A DNA stretch of 64,000 nt. It comes from an uncultured Gammaproteobacteria bacterium. Lineage in GTDB: Bacteria > Patescibacteriota > Microgenomatia > UBA12405. Within the stretch, counting starts at the first letter, position 1. Each line of letters starts with the position of its first letter. The position numbers and the translations under genes were made by a program. The notes under the pieces are model-generated. The model ran no database searches, was not told where the DNA came from, and was given only the letters and a program-made list of their open reading frames with translations. Where the stretch lies: contig CAYPBP010000004.1 in the NCBI GenBank assembly GCA_964408995.1, positions 16,618-80,617 on the forward strand. The letters are read 5' to 3'. Below are positions 10,770-19,444 of the stretch, piece by piece.

Positions 10770-10797
10770 ATTATAACCAGACTAAATATTTTATCAA
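10770..10797 (-). promoter_or_regulatory. Sigma-70-type promoter of groESL (-35 TTGATA, 16-nt spacer, -10 TATAAT)
   Basis: Minus-strand read TTGATAaaatatttagtctggtTATAAT, immediately upstream of the CIRCE-like element. Confidence 0.6.
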
Positions 10798-10885
10798 GGT
10801 GTAAAACCCTCCGTCCCGACTGAAGTCGAGGACACCTCCCTTGACAGGGAGGCTTTAAAAAAAATAATTGGATATAATAGATAGT

Positions 10886-11482
10886 ATGAATAAAGTAAAA
10901 GTTTTAATTGAAGGATTTGCTTATAAAAATGATAATTATAAAAAAGTATCCCCTAGCGTAGTTTTGATTGAGACTGATACCTTAAAAATAATTGTGGACC
11001 CTGGTTTAAATAGAAAAGATTTATTAGATGCACTAGAAAAAGAAAAATTAAAGACTGGTCAAATTGATTTTGTGGTTTTGACACATAATCATTTGGACCA
11101 TTCGGCCTTGGTTAGTGCTTTTGAAAAAGCAATAATTCTAGATGATGAACAGAAATATATACAAAATGGAGAAATATCGATGCAAGGAGAAAATATTTTA
11201 GGACAAGGAGTGGAAATAATATCAACCCCAGGTCATGATCCATTCCATTGCTCTGTTTTAATTAAAACTGAAGATATGGGAACAGTGGTGGTGGCAGGAG
11301 ATACTTTTTGGTGGAGAGATGGAAATGAACCAGAAAAAGATTTTGAAAGTTTGATTAATTTAAAAGATCCGTTTATAAAAGATGAAAAAGCTTTGATTGA
11401 AAGCCGAAAGAAAATTTTAGAAATTGCTGATTATATAATCCCCGGTCACGGAAAGATGTTTAAAAATTTAAATAAAAAATGA
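10886..11482 (+). CDS. MBL-fold metallo-hydrolase. The ORF track starts at a TTG at 10868; the ATG at 10886 is preferred.
   Basis: The HxHxDH motif (VLTHNHLDHSA) with downstream His and Asp residues. Confidence 0.8.
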   Translation: MNKVKVLIEGFAYKNDNYKKVSPSVVLIETDTLKIIVDPGLNRKDLLDALEKEKLKTGQIDFVVLTHNHLDHSALVSAFEKAIILDDEQKYIQNGEISMQGENILGQGVEIISTPGHDPFHCSVLIKTEDMGTVVVAGDTFWWRDGNEPEKDFESLINLKDPFIKDEKALIESRKKILEIADYIIPGHGKMFKNLNKK

Positions 11483-11988
11483 AAAATTTAATTTTTATTG
11501 GTGGAACAATGGGGGTTGGGAAAACAACAACTTCTAAATTATTAAAAAAACTTTTACCAAACTGTGTATTTTTAGATGGTGATTGGTGTTGGGATATGTC
11601 GCCCTTTAAAGTCGCACCTGAAACACAAAAACTAGTCGTCGACAATATTTGCTTTTTACTTAATAATTTTTTGAAATGTACAGAATTTGATAATGTTATT
11701 TTTTGTTGGGTGTTACATAAACAATCAATTATAGATGACATTATTTCTAGATTAGATTCAGATAATTACAATCTTTTTAATTATTCTTTAGTTTGCTCAC
11801 AAGAAGCTTTAAAACAAAGATTGCAAAAAGATGTTGAAAATAAACAAAGGGAGGAAGAAATTATCTCTAGAAGTATTGAAAGAATTGAAATGTATAATGA
11901 TTTGGATACAAAGAAAATTGATGTATCTATCATTACTCCACAAGAAACAGCAAAAATTATAGCTGATGAAGTATTAAAAAATAAATAG
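11479..11988 (+). CDS. P-loop NTPase, small nucleotide/nucleoside kinase-like
   Basis: A Walker A motif (IGGTMGVGKTT). The ATGA start-stop overlap with the upstream gene indicates an operon. Confidence 0.5.
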   Translation: MKNLIFIGGTMGVGKTTTSKLLKKLLPNCVFLDGDWCWDMSPFKVAPETQKLVVDNICFLLNNFLKCTEFDNVIFCWVLHKQSIIDDIISRLDSDNYNLFNYSLVCSQEALKQRLQKDVENKQREEEIISRSIERIEMYNDLDTKKIDVSIITPQETAKIIADEVLKNK

Positions 11989-12056
11989 AATTTGGGTTAA
12001 CAAAAAGAAAATTCCATAGTTAAAATTAAGGAAGTTAGTAAGTTATAATAAGCTGT

Positions 12057-13328
12057 ATGTCAAAAATAAAAAATATCTATGCCCGAGAAATCTTGGCTAG
12101 TGGCGGAGCCCCAAGTTTAGAAGTTACCGTCACCTTAGAATCTGGAGCTATTGGCGAAGCATCAGTTAGTTATGGTGCATCAGCTGGTTCAAAAGAAGCT
12201 ACTGTCCTTTTGGACGGAGATAAAACCAGATACGGCGGCAAAGGAATGCTAAATGCTATTGCCAATATTAATAATCAAATTAAAAATGCTTTGGTAGGAA
12301 TCGAAGCTGGTGAACAAAGAGCAATTGATAATAAAATGATTGAATTGGATGGAACTATAAACAAAGCAGTTTTGGGTGGAAATGCTATGTTGGGAGTGTC
12401 TTTGGCAGTGTGCCGTGCTCAAGCCTTGGAAGAAAACTTACCTTTATATAAATACTTAAGAAAAATTTATTCAATTAATGAAACTGAATGGAAATTACCA
12501 AAACCAATGATTGTGATGATTGAAGGTGGAAAACATGCTGATGAAACCACTGATTTACAAGAATTCATGATTGGAGCTATGGGAAACAAAAGTGCGGCCG
12601 AAAATGTACGAATGGAAATGGAAATTTATAGCGCTTTGAAAAATATTTTAAAAGGTGAGAAATTATCAACCAATGTAGGTAATGAAGGTGCTTTTGCTCC
12701 AAACGGAATAGCTTCTAATGAAAAACCCATTGAATACTTAGTCCAAGCTATTACTAATGCTGGATATACTCCAGGAGTGGATGCTGGGGTGGGAATTGAT
12801 GCCGCAGCTTCCGAATTTTATAATGAGGAAACTAAGAAATATGAATTGAAATTGGAAGGAAAAGAATTAACCAGCGAAGAGTTAATCGCCTATTACAAGC
12901 CTTGGATTGAAAAATATCCAATCGCCACCATGGAAGATATGTTGTCAGAATTTGATTGGGATAACTGGCCAAAAATGGTAGAAGCTATTAATGATAAATT
13001 TCCTTTGATTGCTGATGATTTAACAGTAACAAACACCGCTCTTTGGCAAAAAGCGATTGATATGAAAGCAGCTACAGCTATTTTAATTAAATTAAATCAA
13101 GCTGGAACTTTAACTGAAACTGTTGATTGTTGTTTACTCGCCAATGCTAATAATTTGTTAACCATGCCAAGTCATCGGGGTGGTGGTGAAACCAATGATA
13201 CTTTTATGGTTGATTTGGCAGTAGCTGTTAATTCGGCTTATATAAAAGTTGGACCAACTCGAGGAGAAAGAGTCTGTAAATATAATAGATTAATGAGAAT
13301 TGAAGAAGAGTTAAATAATGAAAAATAA
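12057..13328 (+). CDS. eno: Enolase (phosphopyruvate hydratase)
   Basis: 423 aa with the SHRGGGETNDTFMVDLAVA signature and the enolase N-terminal fold. Confidence 0.92.
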   Translation: MSKIKNIYAREILASGGAPSLEVTVTLESGAIGEASVSYGASAGSKEATVLLDGDKTRYGGKGMLNAIANINNQIKNALVGIEAGEQRAIDNKMIELDGTINKAVLGGNAMLGVSLAVCRAQALEENLPLYKYLRKIYSINETEWKLPKPMIVMIEGGKHADETTDLQEFMIGAMGNKSAAENVRMEMEIYSALKNILKGEKLSTNVGNEGAFAPNGIASNEKPIEYLVQAITNAGYTPGVDAGVGIDAAASEFYNEETKKYELKLEGKELTSEELIAYYKPWIEKYPIATMEDMLSEFDWDNWPKMVEAINDKFPLIADDLTVTNTALWQKAIDMKAATAILIKLNQAGTLTETVDCCLLANANNLLTMPSHRGGGETNDTFMVDLAVAVNSAYIKVGPTRGERVCKYNRLMRIEEELNNEK

Positions 13329-14850
13329 AAAAATTATTTTAATAGTTAGAGATGGTTGGGGTTATTCGACTAGCTCTTATGGTAACGCCATAATGGCAGC
13401 TAAAACTCCAAATAGCGATAATTATATAAATAATTACCCCACTTCCCTTTTGAAGTGCATTGGTGAGGAAGTAGGTAACCCAGATTCGGCTCAGGGCGGA
13501 AGTGAAGTTGGTCATTTAACTTTAGGGGCTGGAAGAATTGTGTGGCAACCTCAACAATTGATAAATAATGCAATTGAGGATGGTAGTTTTTTTACTAATC
13601 CAGCCCTTTTGGGAGCAATTGAAAATTGCAAAAAAAATGATTCAGCTCTACATTTGGCTGGTTTACTATCTGATGCTGGAGTCCACTCTGATATCAGTCA
13701 ACTTTATGCTTTATTAAAGTTGGTAAAAGATAATGGATTAACTAAAGTTTTTATCCATGTGATTACTGATGGCCGAGATGTAGGAGAAAAAACAGCTTTG
13801 GAATATATAGAAAAACTAGAAAACAAAATTAAAGAAATGGGAGTTGGCAAAATTGCTTCAGTGATTGGTCGATATTATGCTATGGATAGAGACACTAATT
13901 GGGAAAGAACTAAAGCTAGTTATGATTTGATGACCCAAGGAACAGGGTTTAAAGCCACAAGTGCTAGAGAAGCGGTTTTGAATGCATACGAAAGGGGTGA
14001 TAAAACTGATTATTATGTTCAAGCAACAACAATTGTAGAAAATGATAAAGCAGTGGCCTTGCTGACAGAAAAAGACTCTTTTGTTTGGTTTAATTTTAGA
14101 ACTGATAGATCTAGACAAATTACAGCCATGATGAAGAAACAAAGTTTGTGTCCGAAAGATTTTTGGGGCACAATTAATCCTTACTATGTAGGAATATGCC
14201 AATATGATGAAAGTTGGACCTTGCCAGTGGCTTTTTTATCAGAAAAAATTAAGAATAATTTAGCCCAAGTTTTGGCTGATAATAATAAAAGTGATTTAAG
14301 AGTGGCAGAGACGGAAAAATTTGCTCATGTGACTTTCTTTTTTAACTCTCAACAAGAAAAAGTATATGATGGAGAAGAAAGATTTATGGTGCCAAGTCCA
14401 AAAGTCGCCTCTTATGATTTGCAACCAGAAATGTCAGCTTATGGAGTAAAAGATAAAGTTTTAGAAAATATTGGAAAATATGATTTTACATTAATAAATT
14501 TTGCTAATGCTGACTTGGTTGGTCATGCTGGAATTTTTGAGGCTGCAGTTAAAGCCTCTGAAGTGGTTGATGAATGTGTGGGAGAAATTGTTAATAAAGC
14601 CCTTGAAAATGATTGTTATGTAATTGTGGGAGCTGATCATGGAAATGCCGAAGAAATGCTTTATGATGATGGCCAAAAAGATGCTTCTCATGGATTTAAT
14701 CCAGTCACCTATTCTTTGGTGGGTAAAGATTTAGAAGGAATTGAATTAAAGAAAAATGGTGGATTAAAAGATGTGGCGCCAACAATTTTGGAATTAATGG
14801 GAATTGAAAAACCACTAGAGATGACTGGAGAAAGCTTAATTGTTAGATGA
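13318..14850 (+). CDS. gpmI: 2,3-bisphosphoglycerate-independent phosphoglycerate mutase
   Basis: 510 aa with an alkaline-phosphatase-like core and the iPGM motifs (RDGWG, ADHGN). It overlaps eno by 11 nt. Confidence 0.9.
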   Translation: MKNKKIILIVRDGWGYSTSSYGNAIMAAKTPNSDNYINNYPTSLLKCIGEEVGNPDSAQGGSEVGHLTLGAGRIVWQPQQLINNAIEDGSFFTNPALLGAIENCKKNDSALHLAGLLSDAGVHSDISQLYALLKLVKDNGLTKVFIHVITDGRDVGEKTALEYIEKLENKIKEMGVGKIASVIGRYYAMDRDTNWERTKASYDLMTQGTGFKATSAREAVLNAYERGDKTDYYVQATTIVENDKAVALLTEKDSFVWFNFRTDRSRQITAMMKKQSLCPKDFWGTINPYYVGICQYDESWTLPVAFLSEKIKNNLAQVLADNNKSDLRVAETEKFAHVTFFFNSQQEKVYDGEERFMVPSPKVASYDLQPEMSAYGVKDKVLENIGKYDFTLINFANADLVGHAGIFEAAVKASEVVDECVGEIVNKALENDCYVIVGADHGNAEEMLYDDGQKDASHGFNPVTYSLVGKDLEGIELKKNGGLKDVAPTILELMGIEKPLEMTGESLIVR

Positions 14851-14886
14851 TATAATAGCCTATTATTAGGTTAATTAGAAAAATAT

Positions 14887-15120
14887 ATGAGTAATGATGA
14901 AAATTTTAAAGAACCCTTTGATTATAGTTTTTTGAATAATGTTAAAAGTATTTGTAGAGTAAATTTTTACGCTAGTACTAGTGAAACAGCAACGCTTACA
15001 CTACCGGAAGTGCCTGGATCTCGATTTTATGACGAAGATCGCCCAGAGTCTGAATGCAATGATTTAGATAGAGAAAAGTTTAAGAAACCTTTTGATTGGA
15101 GTTTTTTAAATAATGATTAA
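14887..15120 (+). CDS. Doubtful small ORF (77 aa) with an internal duplicated motif FKEPFDYSFLNN/FKKPFDWSFLNND
   Basis: The ORF is bracketed by a 37-nt DNA direct repeat (see findings) and has no clear RBS. It may not be translated. Confidence 0.25.
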   Translation: MSNDENFKEPFDYSFLNNVKSICRVNFYASTSETATLTLPEVPGSRFYDEDRPESECNDLDREKFKKPFDWSFLNND

Positions 15121-16312
15121 GATTTTAGCACCGGCGGGAAATTTTGAAAGCTTGATGGCAGCCATAAACGCCAAGGCTGATGAGGTTTATTTTGGAGTGG
15201 GAAGTTTGAATATGAGAGCTAGTAGTGCCAATAATTTTTCTATAAGTGATTTAGAAAAAATTGGTCAAATTTGTAAAAAAAATAAAGTAAAAAGTTGGGC
15301 AACTTTGAATACGGTGGTTTATGATGAAGAACTTGAAGAGATAAAAAAAATTTTAAAAGAAATTAAGAAAGCTCTAATTGATGGAGTAATTGCAACGGAC
15401 TTAGCTGTCATAAAAATGGCTAATAAATTAAAATTGGAAGTTTGTGTGTCAACCCAAATGTCAGTGTCTAATTTAGAAACTATTAAAACTTTAAGTAAAT
15501 GGGTAGATAGAATAGTTTTGGCTCGGGAATTGAATTTAGAACAAATTAAAAAAATAACCGAGGGAATTAAGAAAGAAAAGATTAAAGGAGCTAGTGGAAA
15601 GCTAATTGAGATTGAAGTTTTTGGACATGGAGCCATGTGTGTGGCAGTTTCGGGTCGATGTCAGATGAGTTTGTATAGTAATAATTTGTCAGCTAACCGA
15701 GGAAAGTGTGTCCAAATGTGTAGGAGAAAATATGAGGTAAAAGATATGGATAGTGGTAAAGAAATGGTTTTGGATAACAATTTGGTAATGAGTCGAAGTG
15801 ATTTATGCACCATCGGATTACTAGATAAATTAATTGAAAGTGGAATCTCAACTATTAAAATTGAGGGTCGAGCCAGAGGGGCTGACTATGTCGATTTGGT
15901 GGTTTCAGTTTATAAAAAAGCCATAAATTTAATTGAAAAAAATAATTATAAAAAAACTGAAAAAAAGAAATTATTAGACCAATTAAAGACGGTTTTTAAC
16001 CGAGGTTTTTCGTCTGGTTTTTATCTAGGAAGATCGACTGACGAGTGGGCATTGGGTGAAAATAATCGCGCTACAGAATTGAAACAATTAATTGGTCAAA
16101 TAGAGCACTTTTACCCGAAGCCTTCGGTTTGTCAAGTTGAAGTAAAAAGCGGGATTGAAGTTAAAAATGGAGATAAATATTTAATAATGGGACCAACGAC
16201 TGGAGTCATTAGAGGGACTTTTGAAGACATAAAAATGGATGACAAATTAACTTTCAAAATTTCTAAAAAAGCTAGAAAAAATGACAAGGTTTGGGTGATA
16301 AAATCTGTTTAA
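15113..16312 (+). CDS. Peptidase U32 family protein (PrtC/RlhA/UbiU-like, probable Fe-S enzyme)
   Basis: The N-terminus MIKILAPAGNFESL..ADEVYFG is a U32 hallmark. A conserved four-Cys cluster is present (CVAVSGRCQ...CVQMC). Confidence 0.85.
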   Translation: MIKILAPAGNFESLMAAINAKADEVYFGVGSLNMRASSANNFSISDLEKIGQICKKNKVKSWATLNTVVYDEELEEIKKILKEIKKALIDGVIATDLAVIKMANKLKLEVCVSTQMSVSNLETIKTLSKWVDRIVLARELNLEQIKKITEGIKKEKIKGASGKLIEIEVFGHGAMCVAVSGRCQMSLYSNNLSANRGKCVQMCRRKYEVKDMDSGKEMVLDNNLVMSRSDLCTIGLLDKLIESGISTIKIEGRARGADYVDLVVSVYKKAINLIEKNNYKKTEKKKLLDQLKTVFNRGFSSGFYLGRSTDEWALGENNRATELKQLIGQIEHFYPKPSVCQVEVKSGIEVKNGDKYLIMGPTTGVIRGTFEDIKMDDKLTFKISKKARKNDKVWVIKSV

Positions 16313-16325
16313 AATCCAATCTTCC

Positions 16326-16376
16326 CCCTGACCCCCTTCTTTAACAAGACGGGGGAAAAATATTTTTTATTTAAAA
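16326..16376. terminator. Hairpin CCCCC(T)TCTT-TAAC-AAGA(C)GGGGG with a flanking A5/T6 tract
   Basis: It lies between convergent genes. Confidence 0.4.
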
Positions 16377-16385
16377 TAAAATATT

Positions 16386-16781
16386 TTATTTATCTCGTAA
16401 ATAAAATTGTGTAGCGGCTCGGATAATGGTGGCACCGATGATGGCGATAAGAAAAATTGGATCGATAATTTGTTTAACAAAAGCTCCAATTAATAAAACA
16501 AAAATCATGAACCATAAAGCGTTTCTGTCGGCAATGGCCTCGTGAAGTCTTTCTCTTTCGTCTTTTTTAATTTGGGCCATAATATGGACAACGTCTATTA
16601 TTAATAGAGCAGCTATGACCATAGTAAAAATATTTTTAATATTTTGATCAATAGGAATTGAACTAATAATAACTATAGGGGCTACGAAGACAGTTATATA
16701 AAGCCAACCCTGCCAACAGTTTGGGGTTAATCCCCAACCAGTATACTTTCTAACATTGAACCATTTTGGATTTCCAATCAT
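16386..16781 (-). CDS. Integral membrane protein, hypothetical
   Basis: Four predicted TM segments and no known domain. It lies downstream of an XRE regulator. Confidence 0.5.
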   Translation of the reverse strand: MIGNPKWFNVRKYTGWGLTPNCWQGWLYITVFVAPIVIISSIPIDQNIKNIFTMVIAALLIIDVVHIMAQIKKDERERLHEAIADRNALWFMIFVLLIGAFVKQIIDPIFLIAIIGATIIRAATQFYLRDK

Positions 16782-16814
16782 ATTTAGTTTATTAGTTAAT
16801 TAGTAATTAGTTTA

Positions 16815-17006
16815 TTAGTTAAATAAAAATAATTTGTCAATTGATGTTTTAAGTGTTTTAGCTACATCATGAGCTAGTTTTAAAGATGGATTGTATTTGC
16901 CTTGTTCAAGAAAAACAATCGTTTCTCGCCTAACTCCAACCAAGTTAGCTAACTGGTCTTGAGTTAGATTTAATTTAGCTCGATATTCTTTTATTTTAGT
17001 TTTCAT
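16815..17006 (-). CDS. XRE-family HTH transcriptional regulator
   Basis: [39 protein letters not shown] is a canonical Cro/C1 HTH. Confidence 0.85.
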   Translation of the reverse strand: MKTKIKEYRAKLNLTQDQLANLVGVRRETIVFLEQGKYNPSLKLAHDVAKTLKTSIDKLFLFN

Positions 17007-17063
17007 GTTATGTATTTATAACTATAAGTTAGAACTATCTAACACATTTGTCAAGAGAGTAAA

Positions 17064-18524
17064 TTAAATACAGCTGGAACGGAATTCGATTTTATTTTCA
17101 GGTAAATATAGTTTTTGATCGACATTTAATTCGTCAATGAACTCTTGATTGTGAGAAACAATTAAAAGTGCTCCTTGATAGGATTTAATTGAATCTAAAA
17201 TTAATCTTTGAGATAAAGGATCTAAATAAGTTGTAGGTTCATCTAGGACTAAAAAATTAAAATTTTGAGCCAAAAGACGAGCAATTGAAAGACGAGTTTT
17301 CTCTCCACCAGATAGACCAAAAACTTTTTGAAAAACTTTATCACCAACAAAAAGCATTTTACCTAGAAGTGATCTTATTTGGCTTTCGTTCATGCCACTT
17401 TCTAATTTTTTAATAGTTTCAAATAAAGTTATTTCTGGGTCTAAATCTGATAATTCCTGACAATAATAACCCCATTTTAACTTTTCGTCTCTGACAACTT
17501 CACCCGAATCTGGATCTAAATTACCTAGCAGAATTTTTATTAAAGTTGATTTGCCGGCTCCGTTAGGACCTAGAAGAGCAGTTTTTTGACCTCGTTTAAT
17601 GGTCAAATTTACTTGATTTAAAACTCGTTTTGAATTGAAAGACTTAGAAATATTTTTAGTAAACAAAGGTATCTCTCCAACCCAAATAGGCTCTGGCAAA
17701 ATTAATCTGATTCTTTTGGCCTCAGGAGGAAGAGAAGGCATATTTTCTTCTATTTTTTCAATTCTTCTTTGAAGATTTAACTTAGCCCTAACACCTTTTT
17801 CTGATTTAAAATGAGAGATTTTTAGTAAACCTTTTTTCATTTGAACTAAATGTTTTTGCTCAGTTTCAATTTGACGTTTTAATAAGTCTTCTTTTTCAGT
17901 TTTTAATTTTGAGAATTCATGATAATTACCACCATAAACATCAATTTGTTTAGTTTGAGGATTAATATAGAAAATCTTGTTTAAAGTTCCCCCTAGCAGA
18001 TCCAAATCATGGGAAATGATAATTAAAGTTCCTTTAAATCGATTAATAAAGCTCATTACCCATTTCTTACCATCATCGTCTAGAAAATTTGTTGGTTCAT
18101 CTAAGAGTAAAACTTTAGCTTGACTTAAAATGGCTCGGCATAAAGCTAATCTGGTTTTTTGACCACCACTTAAAACTTGAGGTTGGTCTTTTAAATCTAA
18201 TTTACCCAATCCAAGACCAGATAAAACTCTTTTAATTTCATATTCTGGATTATTATTTATATTAAGATATTCGAAAATATTTTTAGAATTGTCCATAACG
18301 GAATCGCTTTTAATTTCTTGGGGTACAAAAGTAATTTTTCCTTCAACTTTAATATGGCCGTCATCGGCCTGTTCTATTCCAGATAAAATTTTGAATAAAG
18401 TAGTTTTTCCAGAGCCATTAATACCAACAAGACCAACTTTTTCTCCATCGTTAATAGTAAAGCTCATATTGTCAAAAAGAGCTTTGTCTGTCCACTTAAA
18501 TGATAAATTCTCAACTTTAATCAT
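17064..18524 (-). CDS. ABC-F family ATPase with tandem ABC domains and no TMD
   Basis: Two Walker A motifs (GINGSGKTT, GPNGAGKST) and two LSGGQ signatures (LSGGQKTRL, LSGGEKTRL). Confidence 0.85.
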   Translation of the reverse strand: MIKVENLSFKWTDKALFDNMSFTINDGEKVGLVGINGSGKTTLFKILSGIEQADDGHIKVEGKITFVPQEIKSDSVMDNSKNIFEYLNINNNPEYEIKRVLSGLGLGKLDLKDQPQVLSGGQKTRLALCRAILSQAKVLLLDEPTNFLDDDGKKWVMSFINRFKGTLIIISHDLDLLGGTLNKIFYINPQTKQIDVYGGNYHEFSKLKTEKEDLLKRQIETEQKHLVQMKKGLLKISHFKSEKGVRAKLNLQRRIEKIEENMPSLPPEAKRIRLILPEPIWVGEIPLFTKNISKSFNSKRVLNQVNLTIKRGQKTALLGPNGAGKSTLIKILLGNLDPDSGEVVRDEKLKWGYYCQELSDLDPEITLFETIKKLESGMNESQIRSLLGKMLFVGDKVFQKVFGLSGGEKTRLSIARLLAQNFNFLVLDEPTTYLDPLSQRLILDSIKSYQGALLIVSHNQEFIDELNVDQKLYLPENKIEFRSSCI

Positions 18525-18622
18525 AATTATTGTCTATTATAAGGCAAAAAAGAAATTAATTAAGGAAATAATGATTACATTTGTAAATGTTTTGTTACTT
18601 AATATGGTAGAATCCAATATAA

Positions 18623-19444
18623 ATGAAGATTGGAAAAGATAAAAAAGAACTTTTAATTAGACTTTTGGAGGGATTGTTTTGGTTTTTACTTAAAATTGTT
18701 TTTATATGGCTTGTCGTAATTCAAATATTTGAAAGGCTTGATAAGAGATTGCCTTTCTTTTTTGCCCTAGTAGTAACCTATTTTATTTCCGCTTATGTTA
18801 TTTTGCCACAAGCTATTCGTTTAATCTTGCTTATATTAAGAAAAGGAAGGATCCCCCGTTTTACTAGAGGCAGAGATGGATTTCATGTTGATCCGGTGAA
18901 TATAATTTTTTTGGGAACTAAAAATCAATTACAAGATGTTTTTAAAAAGATTGGATGGCATCAGACAGACCCAATAACTATTAAAAGCTCTATAAAAATG
19001 ATTAAAACTTTTGTTTTAAATAAACCATACCCTAAGGCCCCTTTTAGATCATTATTTTTGTTTGGTAGAGAACAAGATTTGGGTTTTCAAGAACCGATTG
19101 GAAATAGCCCTCGAAAAAGACACCATATTAGGTTTTGGGCAACTAATAAAGATCAAATAATTGATCCTTTAGATATAAAATTTTGGACAAAGAAACATAA
19201 GATTGCTTACTCAGAAACCTTTATGTGGGTTGGGGCTGGGAGCGAAGATGTGGGATTTGGTTTGACTGTTAGCTACCAGCCTTCACATAAAGTGAATCAC
19301 AATGTAGATGAAGAAAGAGATTATATTTTATCCTCACTAAAAAAGGCAAAATGTATTAAAAAAATCAGCTATTATGATCCAGGCGAATTTAAAGTTGGAA
19401 AATATACTTCTGATGGACGAATTGCAGTGGCAGAATTGATTTAA
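18623..19444 (+). CDS. Membrane protein, possibly with an LssY-C-like domain
   Basis: Two N-terminal TM helices followed by DPVNIIFLGT...GWHQTD, which I recall as LssY-C-like. This is unverified. Confidence 0.35.
   Translation: MKIGKDKKELLIRLLEGLFWFLLKIVFIWLVVIQIFERLDKRLPFFFALVVTYFISAYVILPQAIRLILLILRKGRIPRFTRGRDGFHVDPVNIIFLGTKNQLQDVFKKIGWHQTDPITIKSSIKMIKTFVLNKPYPKAPFRSLFLFGREQDLGFQEPIGNSPRKRHHIRFWATNKDQIIDPLDIKFWTKKHKIAYSETFMWVGAGSEDVGFGLTVSYQPSHKVNHNVDEERDYILSSLKKAKCIKKISYYDPGEFKVGKYTSDGRIAVAELI

Noticed and set aside
10868-10885. TTG start codon for the MBL hydrolase at 10868 (ORF-track start)
   Set aside because: The ggaTATAAT promoter-like box lies inside the proposed extension and an in-frame ATG follows at 10886. 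The N-terminal extension is probably not translated.
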